Made by a program: the position numbers and the translations under genes. The notes under the pieces were generated by a model. The model had not been told where the DNA came from, made no database searches, and saw only the letters and a program-made list of their open reading frames with translations. From Promethearchaeota archaeon (lineage in GTDB: Archaea; Asgardarchaeota; Lokiarchaeia; Sigyniarchaeales; SOKP01): a DNA stretch of 64,000 nucleotides. This document shows positions 38,522 through 47,574 of the stretch, in pieces. The stretch's first letter is position 1, and every line of letters begins with the position of its first letter. The stretch spans positions 30,265-94,264 of the forward strand of contig JBHLLU010000011.1 of NCBI GenBank assembly GCA_048938895.1, in the 5' to 3' direction.

Positions 38522-39256
38522 TTGATGAAACCCTATATTTTTGGACATAGAGGTGCTTCCGGTTATGAAATCGAAAATACTATTTCTGCATACAAAAAAG
38601 CAGTAGATATGGGGGCTGGAATTGAAGCTGATGTGCAATTAACACAAGACAATAAATTAATCTGTTTTCATGATCCCTTTTTTGTAATTGGTTCAGATTA
38701 CTACGTAGTAAGAAAATTAACATTAAATGAAATTAGAGAGAAAAATTTTGAGGATAATAGAAAAGTTCCGTTAGTAAAAGAAGTATTTGATAATTTCAAG
38801 GAAAATTCAACTTATCTTCGCTATAGCTTTGATATACTCGAAAAAAATGCTGGGTTAGCCCTTTTAACAATAATAAGGAACAATTTATTATTGCAAAATA
38901 TAGAAATTACTGATAGAAGGTTATACGTATTATCTTTTTTGAGGAAACATAGTAAAAAAGCCAATCTAGTCTATACTATTGCAGAACATATCAATAAAAT
39001 ATCTGACAAGACATTAAACCTAAAACGGTTAAGAAAATTAGATATTAAAGTGATTAACATTAGATGTAAGAGAAATGTAGAAGATTTGTTCAAAGAGATT
39101 ATCGATAACGGTTTCAAATGTTACATTTGGGATGTAAACACAAAATTAAATATGAGAAAAGTCATAAATATGAATTATAGTGGTGAAATTGTTAGCGCTA
39201 TTTATACGGATTACCCAGATAAACTTAATCAATTAATGGAAGATCATTTTAAATAA
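38522..39256 (+). CDS. Glycerophosphodiester phosphodiesterase (GDPD) family
   Basis: IFGHRGASGYEIENT...GIEADVQLTQDNKLICFHD is the canonical HRG...ENT...E-x-D-V...HD catalytic pattern. Confidence 0.8.
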   Translation: MMKPYIFGHRGASGYEIENTISAYKKAVDMGAGIEADVQLTQDNKLICFHDPFFVIGSDYYVVRKLTLNEIREKNFEDNRKVPLVKEVFDNFKENSTYLRYSFDILEKNAGLALLTIIRNNLLLQNIEITDRRLYVLSFLRKHSKKANLVYTIAEHINKISDKTLNLKRLRKLDIKVINIRCKRNVEDLFKEIIDNGFKCYIWDVNTKLNMRKVINMNYSGEIVSAIYTDYPDKLNQLMEDHFK

Positions 39257-39282
39257 AAAAGATTCTTAGGTTTGATTAAGCT

Positions 39283-39927
39283 ATGAAAGAAGTCTTTAAA
39301 AATATATTTCACATAGGAGATTCGGGATGTTCTGTTTTTCTTGTTGATACTCAAAGTAATTACGGCCTCGTTTTGATTGATTGTGGAATGGATTTGGGGA
39401 TGATAAAAAACATTAAAAGAGGGGGTTTAAATCCCATGGATATTAAACATTGTATTCTAACTCATTTCCATATTGATCATATTGCTGCATGTCATGATTT
39501 AAGGCAATTTAACCAAAACGTTAACTTTTATGCTCATGATTTAGATGCAGATGCAATTGAAGAAGAAGGACATGGGAGGGAAACTGTTGCTTCATGGTAT
39601 GGTATAAAATATAAACCTGTAAAATTGTTAAAAAGATTCAAGGGAGATGAAATATTAAAATTCGGAGATTATGAATTTCAATGTATCCATACACCAGGTC
39701 ATACACCTGGTTCAATTTCTATTCTGTTAGAAATAGAGGATACTAAAATTCTTTTTGGTCAAGATTTACATGGTCCGATAATTCCCGGTGTAAGTAATTT
39801 TGCAGATTATCAAGTCTCCTTAAGGAAACTCTTAGAATTGAATGCAGATATACTATGCGAGGGACATTTTGGCATATATAGTCCTGCAGAAGAAGTGAGA
39901 AGATATATTAAGAATTACATTGAATAA
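39283..39927 (+). CDS. Metallo-beta-lactamase-fold hydrolase
   Basis: THFHIDHIAA (HxHxDH), a later HTPGHTPGS, and a C-terminal CEGH ligand region. Confidence 0.75.
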   Translation: MKEVFKNIFHIGDSGCSVFLVDTQSNYGLVLIDCGMDLGMIKNIKRGGLNPMDIKHCILTHFHIDHIAACHDLRQFNQNVNFYAHDLDADAIEEEGHGRETVASWYGIKYKPVKLLKRFKGDEILKFGDYEFQCIHTPGHTPGSISILLEIEDTKILFGQDLHGPIIPGVSNFADYQVSLRKLLELNADILCEGHFGIYSPAEEVRRYIKNYIE

Positions 39928-39929
39928 TC

Positions 39930-41663
39930 TCACTTTGATTCAAATTTTAGTTCTAAAGCATGCTCCTCAGCTTCAATTGCTTTATCAATCGCCCCAATCT
40001 CTCTATAGATTGATGCAAGATCCCTCCATACGTAGAAGTTATTAGGATTGATTTCAAGGGATTGTGAATAAGCGTTTATGGCATCTTGGTATTTGCCTAG
40101 TTTTTTATAATTAAAAGCAAGATTACTATATAATACTGCCTCTTCAGGTTCAAAAATTATAGCATGTTGAATGGCATTAACAGCCTTATTATACTCTTTA
40201 ATTGAATGGTAGATTTCACTCAATTCACTCCATACTAATGAATTGGTATCATCAAGATCTATAAAAGACACAAAAGCATGTTCAGCATCTTTATAGTTTG
40301 TCAGTTCTTTATAAGCTATACCTAAATGATACCATGCGTATTTGTTTTTCGGATAAACCTTCAGAGTTTCCTTACATTCATTTATAACATTATTAAAATC
40401 ACCCGTTTCAAAATAATGTTGACCAATTTTATACCATCTTAAGTTTAATAAATAATTTTCAGAAAATTCATTATCCTCAAGATCTAAATATTCAAGATCT
40501 ATCAGTTTTTCAATTGTTTCAGGCACGATACTAATCAAATTATTATATAAATTTAAATGCTTGAGAATTTTTAAGTTACCTATGCATTTAGGAAGAATTC
40601 GAATAGAGGAATCAGGGAAATCTAATTCTTCAAGAGATTCAAGATTACAAATTTGTTTTGGAAATAAATTAAGTTTAATACTCTCATCTTTAATATATAG
40701 ACCAATCACATTTCCAACATTGTTTAATTTAAAGTGTAGAGCACTATCCCAATGAATCAAATTGTTAATTTTTTCTGATTTTTCTAACTTTTTACCAATA
40801 AGTATTTCAATTAAAGCTAATACAACTGCATCAGAAGCATTAACTCCGTCATTTAGATAATTAATTGAAATTTGGGATTCTGCAAATTCAATTAACCACT
40901 TAGGTAGCTCATCTATCTCATTACCACTTAAATTAAGATACCTAAGATGAGTTAATTCCCCCAGAGAAACAGGCAGATATCTTAAACTTAGATTTGATAA
41001 ATTTAGCCATTCTAGTTTTGATAAAAAACAAATAGATTCAGGTATTTCGTAGAATTCCCAGCGACTAAGGTCTAATGCTTTAATATGACGATTTTCTTTT
41101 ACATAATTAACATGAGTTAAAGTTAAAAAATCATTGAAATTGAGAGTTTCAAATTTTTTGAAATATCCTATGGAAATATCGAGTTGCTTTTTGATATTAA
41201 TTTGAGTATTTTCTAAATCAAGAATAAACTGGCATTCCAGATAATCAAGATCATAAACTTTTTCATACTTTTTAAGTAGGTTTTTCCTTAGTATTTCAGA
41301 TATATTTGTTTTTTGAGAATTCAGGAAGCTGAATAATGATGTCAGAAAAATCACTGACGATTCTCTTTTGATTTGCTCTTGTACTGACTTTTTACATTTA
41401 TCATGAAAAGTAATTATTAAGAGTTTCGCAATTATGACTCGATTATAAGGTTTTGGATCCTCCTTTAGATACTGAATTAGAATATCATAAATTTCCTTAT
41501 ATTTTGAAACTAAACTTGAGACAATTTCTGTACAATCTAGCAGAAGATTGCTATTTTCGCTTTTTTGTAAAAAGTTGAGTAAAAATTCAATACCCTTTAC
41601 AATTGGTATTTCCTTATTTAATATTTTCGAGTAAATAGTATCGAGAGTATTCAAATCATTCAT
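39930..41663 (-). CDS. Leucine-rich-repeat + TPR protein
   Basis: Two LRR blocks (LSKLEWLNLSNLSLRYLPVSLGELTHLRYLNLSGNEIDELP and LESLEELDFPDSSIRILPKCIGNLKILKHLNLYNNLISIVP). At least four C-terminal TPRs (AWYHLGIAYKELTNYKDAEHAF...). Helical N-terminal ~190 aa. Confidence 0.8.
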   Translation of the reverse strand: MNDLNTLDTIYSKILNKEIPIVKGIEFLLNFLQKSENSNLLLDCTEIVSSLVSKYKEIYDILIQYLKEDPKPYNRVIIAKLLIITFHDKCKKSVQEQIKRESSVIFLTSLFSFLNSQKTNISEILRKNLLKKYEKVYDLDYLECQFILDLENTQINIKKQLDISIGYFKKFETLNFNDFLTLTHVNYVKENRHIKALDLSRWEFYEIPESICFLSKLEWLNLSNLSLRYLPVSLGELTHLRYLNLSGNEIDELPKWLIEFAESQISINYLNDGVNASDAVVLALIEILIGKKLEKSEKINNLIHWDSALHFKLNNVGNVIGLYIKDESIKLNLFPKQICNLESLEELDFPDSSIRILPKCIGNLKILKHLNLYNNLISIVPETIEKLIDLEYLDLEDNEFSENYLLNLRWYKIGQHYFETGDFNNVINECKETLKVYPKNKYAWYHLGIAYKELTNYKDAEHAFVSFIDLDDTNSLVWSELSEIYHSIKEYNKAVNAIQHAIIFEPEEAVLYSNLAFNYKKLGKYQDAINAYSQSLEINPNNFYVWRDLASIYREIGAIDKAIEAEEHALELKFESK

Positions 41664-41745
41664 AGTATACTTTATTCTAAAATATTATATATCTTATTTA
41701 ATCTTAAATAATAATTAATAAGGTTTTTTTTATAGCGGGATAATT

Positions 41746-42531
41746 ATGAAATCGGAAGAACGGCAAAAAATCCTTTCGAAATATCGCCATATCTTTGAAA
41801 ATGAAAAAAAATATTACAGTAACGCTTTAGTAAGTTCTGGTGGAAATTATGAGTCAGAAAGTGAAAGTTTCTTCCGTAAAGCAAATATAGAGTTTGATAA
41901 GAAGTTAGGTATAGTAAAAAATAAAAAAGTCTTAGATATAGGATGTGGAATTGGAGCGTTGTCTTTCTACCTGGCAAATGAAGGTGGAAATGTTACTGGA
42001 ATCGACCTATCTAAAAAATCAATCGATTTCTGCAAAAAAGAAGCTAAAGCAAAAGGATTAATTGTTGATTTTAAAGAAATGAATGCTCAGATCCCAGATT
42101 TTGAAGATGAATCTTTTGATATAATCGTAGGTTCTAGAGTAATTCACCATTTACCAAACCTTGAGCTATTTTTTAAGGAGTGTAAAAGAATCCTAAAACA
42201 TAAGGGATATTTTGTGTTTATTGAACCACTGAAAAAAAACAAGATAGTAGAGTTAAATAGAAAATTCTTTGCTCCAGAAAAAAGAACAATACACGAACAT
42301 CCACTCTATATATCAGATTTGATAGTCGCTCAAAAAATATTTGGTAATCTAGAACATAATGAATTCTTTATTTTATCTCCCCTTGCAATGTTTTTTAGAG
42401 ATGTAGTCAAAAACCATATGCTCTTTACAGCTTCTTACAAAATCCTTAATATTGTTGAAGCTCCCTTAACCAAAATAACCTTTTTAAAACAATATTGTTG
42501 GCAAACTGTTTTCAAATGTATAAAAACTTAA
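41746..42531 (+). CDS. Class I SAM-dependent methyltransferase
   Basis: Motif I VLDIGCGIGALS, post-I GIDLS, and motif II/III FDIIVGSRVIHHL. Confidence 0.75.
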   Translation: MKSEERQKILSKYRHIFENEKKYYSNALVSSGGNYESESESFFRKANIEFDKKLGIVKNKKVLDIGCGIGALSFYLANEGGNVTGIDLSKKSIDFCKKEAKAKGLIVDFKEMNAQIPDFEDESFDIIVGSRVIHHLPNLELFFKECKRILKHKGYFVFIEPLKKNKIVELNRKFFAPEKRTIHEHPLYISDLIVAQKIFGNLEHNEFFILSPLAMFFRDVVKNHMLFTASYKILNIVEAPLTKITFLKQYCWQTVFKCIKT

Positions 42532-43016
42532 GGGTTCGCTTTTTCCTCTTTACCAGAGATTTCCTTTAGATCCAGTCTCAGCATGCCAGTATTTTCATAT
42601 ATCTCATCATTTTTTAAAAATTTTTTTATAGTTGCTTCAGGATCTTTTTCTAAATGATTTATTAAAATGCTAAATCCATATTTTTTTTCCTGTATATCTT
42701 CCACTATATACATATTACCTTTGAAAACAACGGAACGGTATGCCTGGCCACATCCATCTTCATAACCGTTATCTTCAATAACTGTTCCACATACATTAGG
42801 ATTAAATTTAATAAAATCTATTTTTTGACCTTCTTTAGCACAGTGAAAATAAAGGGAGTTTTTTATTTTATCATACCCATAACTTAATGTTACTAAATAT
42901 GCTTCATTTTCTTTACACATTGAAATTATTGTATATTTTCCATTATTCAATATTTCAATTAACTCCTGCTTTTCTGATATTTCTTTTTCTACTCTTCTTA
43001 TATGATATTTTGTCAT
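42528..43016 (-). CDS. Pyridoxamine 5'-phosphate oxidase-family FMN-binding protein (NimA-like)
   Basis: The pattern IRRVEKEISEKQELIEIL...AYLVTLSYGYD...LYFHCAKEGQKIDFIKFNPNVC is typical of the PNPOx-like split-barrel family. Confidence 0.7.
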   Translation of the reverse strand: MTKYHIRRVEKEISEKQELIEILNNGKYTIISMCKENEAYLVTLSYGYDKIKNSLYFHCAKEGQKIDFIKFNPNVCGTVIEDNGYEDGCGQAYRSVVFKGNMYIVEDIQEKKYGFSILINHLEKDPEATIKKFLKNDEIYENTGMLRLDLKEISGKEEKANP

Positions 43017-43118
43017 AAGTATCTATCTTAATTTCAGTTTTTTTATGTCCTACTTGTAAATAATTTATCTTATACAATCATTATTTTTATCTTAATTTAA
43101 ATATTATATTTAATCAAG

Positions 43119-43970
43119 ATGGTTTTGGAAGATTGGCATACTCATAATGAATCATGTCATCACGCAATAGGTACAATTGAAGACTATATTAAATCGGCAA
43201 TTAAATTCAAATTAAGGACAATCGGGTTGAGCGATCATTTTCCTTATGAATTCTTAGAAGATATAGAAAGAATTCCTTATGAAGAATATGCAATCAGATT
43301 ACCAGAAATTGAAGAATATTTAAAAACCTCAGAAGATTTAAAAGAAAAATATAGAGAGAATATTAAAGTTCGAATTGGTTTTGAGATAGATTATTTTAAA
43401 AACCAGGAATCTGCATTAAGTATTCATTTAAATCCTATTAAAAAAAAGTTAGATTTCATCTTAGGGTCAATCCATATTTTAAATTTTTTTAATGGAAAAG
43501 GAGCTTGGGGATTTGATGATTCTAGATTTAGACGTGATTATGATTTTTATGGTGCTGATAAGGTTTATTTATTCTACTATAAATCATTACAGAATATGAT
43601 TAATTCAGAGGGATTTGATTTTGATATTATCGCTCACTTCGATCTACCTAAGAAATTCAATGATATCCCAATGAATAAAGAAGCTGTTCAAGATGAAATG
43701 CTGAAAACTCTTGATGAAATCAAAAAGCATAATTTAACAATGGAAATTAATACAGGGGGTTTAAGAAAAGATTGTAAAGAGCAATACCCTAGTGTTCAAA
43801 TAATAAAAGAAATGTATGCACTTGATATCCCAATTTTGTTAGGATCAGATGCTCATGAACCAGAGGTTGTAGCATGGCAATTTGATAAAACTATAAAAAT
43901 ATTAAAAGAAATTGGGTTTAATGAATTAGCCCATTTTAATAGAAGAAAAAGAGAATTTTTAGAAATTTAA
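43119..43970 (+). CDS. Histidinol-phosphatase, HisJ/PHP family
   Basis: DWHTHNESCHHA...GLSDHFP...GSIH...AHFD...GSDAHEP provides the PHP metal-ligand series. Confidence 0.75.
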   Translation: MVLEDWHTHNESCHHAIGTIEDYIKSAIKFKLRTIGLSDHFPYEFLEDIERIPYEEYAIRLPEIEEYLKTSEDLKEKYRENIKVRIGFEIDYFKNQESALSIHLNPIKKKLDFILGSIHILNFFNGKGAWGFDDSRFRRDYDFYGADKVYLFYYKSLQNMINSEGFDFDIIAHFDLPKKFNDIPMNKEAVQDEMLKTLDEIKKHNLTMEINTGGLRKDCKEQYPSVQIIKEMYALDIPILLGSDAHEPEVVAWQFDKTIKILKEIGFNELAHFNRRKREFLEI

Positions 43971-43992
43971 AAGATAATAATTACGATTACAA

Positions 43993-44718
43993 ATGTCAGT
44001 AAAAAAAAGTGATAAATGTGAAGTCTGTGGTAAGCAGTTAATTTATGCCACAAAATCTGAAGATTTTAGAAATCTAAATTGTGAATTTTGTAAAAGACCA
44101 TTTGAAACGAATGTTTATTGTAAGGATGGGCATTATATATGTGACCAATGTCATTCAAAGGGTCCAATTGAGATTATTGAAAGAATAAGTTCAGAAACTA
44201 CTATTAAAGATCCTTATGTATTGGCGGATTTAATAATGAAGCATCCCAATTTTAAGCTTTATGGTCCAGAACATCATGTATTAACCCCAGTAGTGATCTT
44301 GACCGCTCTTAGAAATAACGGAATTAGAAAGGTTAATGGAGAAGAAATATCTTTATTTGATATTAAAGAAGCAATTAGAAGAGCCTCTAAGATTCCTGGT
44401 GGATGGTGTGGTTATTATGGTTCATGTGGTGCTGGAATGGGGTCAGGGATTGCGATAAGTATTTTTACAGGAGCAACTCCTTCAACTGATATACCAAGAT
44501 CGCTCGCAAATGAAATTACTTCAAAATCTTTAGCAAAAATTGCCGATAATTTAGAACATTGTTGTAAACGTTCCGTGAAATTCTCAATCTGCGAAACCTT
44601 AGAATTTTTAAGAGAGAAATTTTCTATTGAATTAAAATATCATAATAGCAAATGTATCTTTTCAGGATTTAACGATAAATGTGTAAAGCAAATATGCCCA
44701 ATGTTTTATGAAAATTAA
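43993..44718 (+). CDS. Cys-rich hypothetical protein (N-terminal zinc ribbons + conserved GGWCGYYGSCGAG core)
   Basis: CEVCGK...CEFCK...CDQCH at the N-terminus, with an internal GGWCGYYGSCGAGMGSG. Family not confidently recalled. Confidence 0.45.
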   Translation: MSVKKSDKCEVCGKQLIYATKSEDFRNLNCEFCKRPFETNVYCKDGHYICDQCHSKGPIEIIERISSETTIKDPYVLADLIMKHPNFKLYGPEHHVLTPVVILTALRNNGIRKVNGEEISLFDIKEAIRRASKIPGGWCGYYGSCGAGMGSGIAISIFTGATPSTDIPRSLANEITSKSLAKIADNLEHCCKRSVKFSICETLEFLREKFSIELKYHNSKCIFSGFNDKCVKQICPMFYEN

Positions 44719-44736
44719 TTTCTAGTAAAAAAAGTA

Positions 44737-45537
44737 TTAGACTTTTCTACTTCTTATCCAAGATTCTGTGATTAAAGAGTTCAATAATCGAATATGTTTT
44801 GAATCTTTAGTGTGAAAAACCAAATGATTATCTTCAGATCTACCTTTAACAGCAATTAGTAATTCTTCAGCATCTCGAACTATTCCATATCTATCTCGCT
44901 GCTCATAATTTTTAATTGAAATATTGTCTAAAGACTCAAATTCTTGGAGAAGTTCAGAATGTTGATCTATTCCAGGATTGATTGAGCAAGCTATATTCAT
45001 TGAAACAGATGACCTAACTTCGTATAAATAGAGTTCTTGTAGATCTTCAATATCAGGAACGACAATAGTTACATTGGATATGGAATTCGGTAACATTTCC
45101 CTCATTTTCTCAAGAATCTCAGATTTAGGGATGTTTACCTTAGTAAAATCAATAATTTTATCAGTATCTATTGAACTTTGTTCCCTTAATTTTTCATTTT
45201 CTAGCTCTAAACTCTCAAGATCTTCATCCGCCTTAGCCAATTCATCATTAAGTATTTCTATTTCTTTTTGAAGCTGTAGAATTTCATCATCTTTTTCTTT
45301 CAAGGTATTATGGTCTACAGAAGTTGAATTTAATTTTCTAATTTCATCTTCTTTTAATTCAATTGTTTTTTCTAGGGTTTTGGCTATATCATCTTTAGTC
45401 TTTAATGAATTCTCCAAGGTATTAATTTGTTCATCTTTCCATTTTATAGAACTTTCAAGAGTTTCTATTTGTTCGTCTTTTATGCGAAGGAGATTGTCTT
45501 TTGTCTCTACTAGCTTTTTTAATTCGTACTCATCCAT
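44737..45537 (-). CDS. Coiled-coil protein with C-terminal globular domain related to that of ORF 9994..11964
   Basis: The N-terminal ~130 aa is heptad-rich with internal repeats (KDEQIETLESSIKWKDEQINTLENSLKTKDD). The C-terminal VTIVVPDIEDLQELYLYEVRSSVSMNIA parallels ELIIIVPQLESHL...LKVRVA in the TrmB-like protein. Confidence 0.5.
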   Translation of the reverse strand: MDEYELKKLVETKDNLLRIKDEQIETLESSIKWKDEQINTLENSLKTKDDIAKTLEKTIELKEDEIRKLNSTSVDHNTLKEKDDEILQLQKEIEILNDELAKADEDLESLELENEKLREQSSIDTDKIIDFTKVNIPKSEILEKMREMLPNSISNVTIVVPDIEDLQELYLYEVRSSVSMNIACSINPGIDQHSELLQEFESLDNISIKNYEQRDRYGIVRDAEELLIAVKGRSEDNHLVFHTKDSKHIRLLNSLITESWIRSRKV

Positions 45538-45611
45538 ACCAATCGAAAATTCCTTTTTATATTAATCATACTAAAATTCCTATTTATATTATTTACTATC
45601 GTAAGCAAAGA

Positions 45612-46727
45612 TTAAAAATTTATGATTTCAAAATCTTTTGCATTTGCTTTAGTAAAAAAACAGTCTGATGCTTTGAGATTGTCAGGCAAGGTTACGCCCT
45701 CATCAATAATACACCAATCTAAAATACAAGACTTTCCTAGGGTTACATTATCATACAGAATCGAGTTGGATATTTGAGAAAAATCTCCTAGACTGCATGA
45801 GTTGCCAATGATAACGTGAGGACCTAATGTAACATTATTCCCAAATAAATTTTGATTACCAATCTTTAATGGTTCTAAATAAGTTGGTTTGTTCCCTTCA
45901 TATGGACTCAAATTTAATCCAGTTAAAAATCTCTTGTTCATTTTAATAATATCTTTTAACGATGTTAAGTGAAATTTCCCTATATTATCCGCTGTGATTA
46001 AAGGAGAGACTATTCTTATACCTCGAATATTTAAATTATGCATCAAAGCATTTTTCAGTACATCTTGAAATTCTTTCTCTCCACGCTCAGAAAAGCCTAT
46101 GTTCTGCAAAAATTTCAACATTTTCTTATTTGCTAGATATAATGGGAGTGAGTAATAGTTGCTCAGAATTTGGGATGGTTTAGGTTTCTCTATTATATCA
46201 AATATTCTTAAACCTTGATTTTCATCGAACTCTTTGCTTAAATTTGAGCTTTTTTTTAGTTTAACGTTTCCATGGCTTCTAGCAACCTCAATATCCATTG
46301 ATTTCATTAAACTCAATACTATGTCGGAATGTTCAAAAAGCTTGTGCATCCTTAACAGTTCTGATTTAGAAAAGATTATATCCGCAGCGGTTATAAAGAA
46401 ATCAGTAATGTCTCTATATTTTTTTAAGATTGAATTGAATGCTAAAGCAATAGCGTCACCCATTCCAGTTGGTTTTTTTTGTTCAATAAAAATTGTTTCA
46501 ATCTCTTTTTCCTTTAATATTTCTTTTATGATTAATTCTTTTTTGTACATTATAACAAAACAAAACCTATTGAAACCCGCTTCTTTAAAAGTAGAGATTA
46601 TTCTGGAAAGTAAAGTTTTTCCGTTAATATCAATCAATGGTTTGGGGATCCTATCAGATAAGGGTCGCAATCTTGTGGCATATCCCGCTGTTAATATGAT
46701 CACGAAGGAATTTGTTTTTGATCCCAT
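45612..46727 (-). CDS. Sugar-phosphate nucleotidyltransferase with C-terminal left-handed beta-helix
   Basis: The N-terminal VIILTAGYATRLRPLSDRIPKPLIDINGK is the NTP-transferase signature. The C-terminus has hexapeptide repeats (NVTLGPHVIIGNSCSLGDFSQISNSILYDNVTLG). Confidence 0.75.
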   Translation of the reverse strand: MGSKTNSFVIILTAGYATRLRPLSDRIPKPLIDINGKTLLSRIISTFKEAGFNRFCFVIMYKKELIIKEILKEKEIETIFIEQKKPTGMGDAIALAFNSILKKYRDITDFFITAADIIFSKSELLRMHKLFEHSDIVLSLMKSMDIEVARSHGNVKLKKSSNLSKEFDENQGLRIFDIIEKPKPSQILSNYYSLPLYLANKKMLKFLQNIGFSERGEKEFQDVLKNALMHNLNIRGIRIVSPLITADNIGKFHLTSLKDIIKMNKRFLTGLNLSPYEGNKPTYLEPLKIGNQNLFGNNVTLGPHVIIGNSCSLGDFSQISNSILYDNVTLGKSCILDWCIIDEGVTLPDNLKASDCFFTKANAKDFEIINF

Positions 46728-46795
46728 ATACTCTCTAGTTATTATTATTTAATTATTAGACTATCTTTTTATGTGCAGATATATAATATTGAATC

Positions 46796-47536
46796 ATGGA
46801 AGATCAAGATAAGATTCTACAAGAATTAGAATCAGATGTTTCCGAACTCATCGAAAAGGAACTAGAATCTACAAATGCTATATTAGGAATTAATGTGGGA
46901 ACTCCTGAAGGTACAAAAATTGCAAATATTTTTAAAAAGTCAATAAAAATGACGACTGGAGAGATCACAGCAGCTAACAGTAGTTTAGTATATCTATCGT
47001 CTAAGATGTTAAAAGATTCATTAAATCAAGATGTCGCATATAATTTGATTACTGGTAAAGATCGTATTGTGTTATCTATTCTTACTGAAAATATTACAAT
47101 GATTGTTTATTTAAATCGAGAAATTGCTGAACTTGAAGGTTTGGATTCACACATTAAAAACTTACAAAAGCTAGCTTTAAAAATTTCTGCAATACTTGAA
47201 ACTTCTGATATATTAAAAGAGGAAATTTTCAAAGGATTAAAGAGAGCAATCCCTAACACATTAGTATTAGCTATAATAACTAAGGATGGATTACCGATAA
47301 AAATACAATCGACAATGCCAGAACCAATACTCTCAGCGATGGTTGCTGCATTATATAATCTATCAGGGGTATTATTAGAAAGTGGGATGGAATATTCCAT
47401 AATTGGTGGTGAAAATGGTTCTGTGATCATCCATGATTTGGATGAGAATAGGATTCTTGCTCTAGCAGTTCCTGAAGCTGATGAGAGAAAATTGGGAGGT
47501 TACATTGCTAAGATCAAAGGGATTATAAAAAGCTGA
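46796..47536 (+). CDS. Tandem roadblock/LC7 (MglB-like) domain protein
   Basis: Two ~110-aa repeats, each with the LC7 core pattern: ILGINVGTPEGTKIANIF...ANSSLVYLS and LVLAIITKDGLPIKIQS...AALYNLS. Confidence 0.7.
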   Translation: MEDQDKILQELESDVSELIEKELESTNAILGINVGTPEGTKIANIFKKSIKMTTGEITAANSSLVYLSSKMLKDSLNQDVAYNLITGKDRIVLSILTENITMIVYLNREIAELEGLDSHIKNLQKLALKISAILETSDILKEEIFKGLKRAIPNTLVLAIITKDGLPIKIQSTMPEPILSAMVAALYNLSGVLLESGMEYSIIGGENGSVIIHDLDENRILALAVPEADERKLGGYIAKIKGIIKS

Positions 47537-47574
47537 AAATTTATAATGACTAATATTTAAAGGATAATCAATAG

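Noticed and set aside
46234-46752. 172-aa plus-strand ORF in the track
   Set aside because: It lies entirely antisense to the well-supported nucleotidyltransferase gene (45612..46727) and has a low-complexity S/I/L/F-rich translation typical of shadow ORFs in AT-rich DNA. The same reasoning applies to the other short overlapping track ORFs, for example 83..358, 1044..1226, 4536..4829, 8596..9045, 18823..19146, 20367..20687, 22993..23328, 47107..47430, 49139..49426 and 63057..63818.
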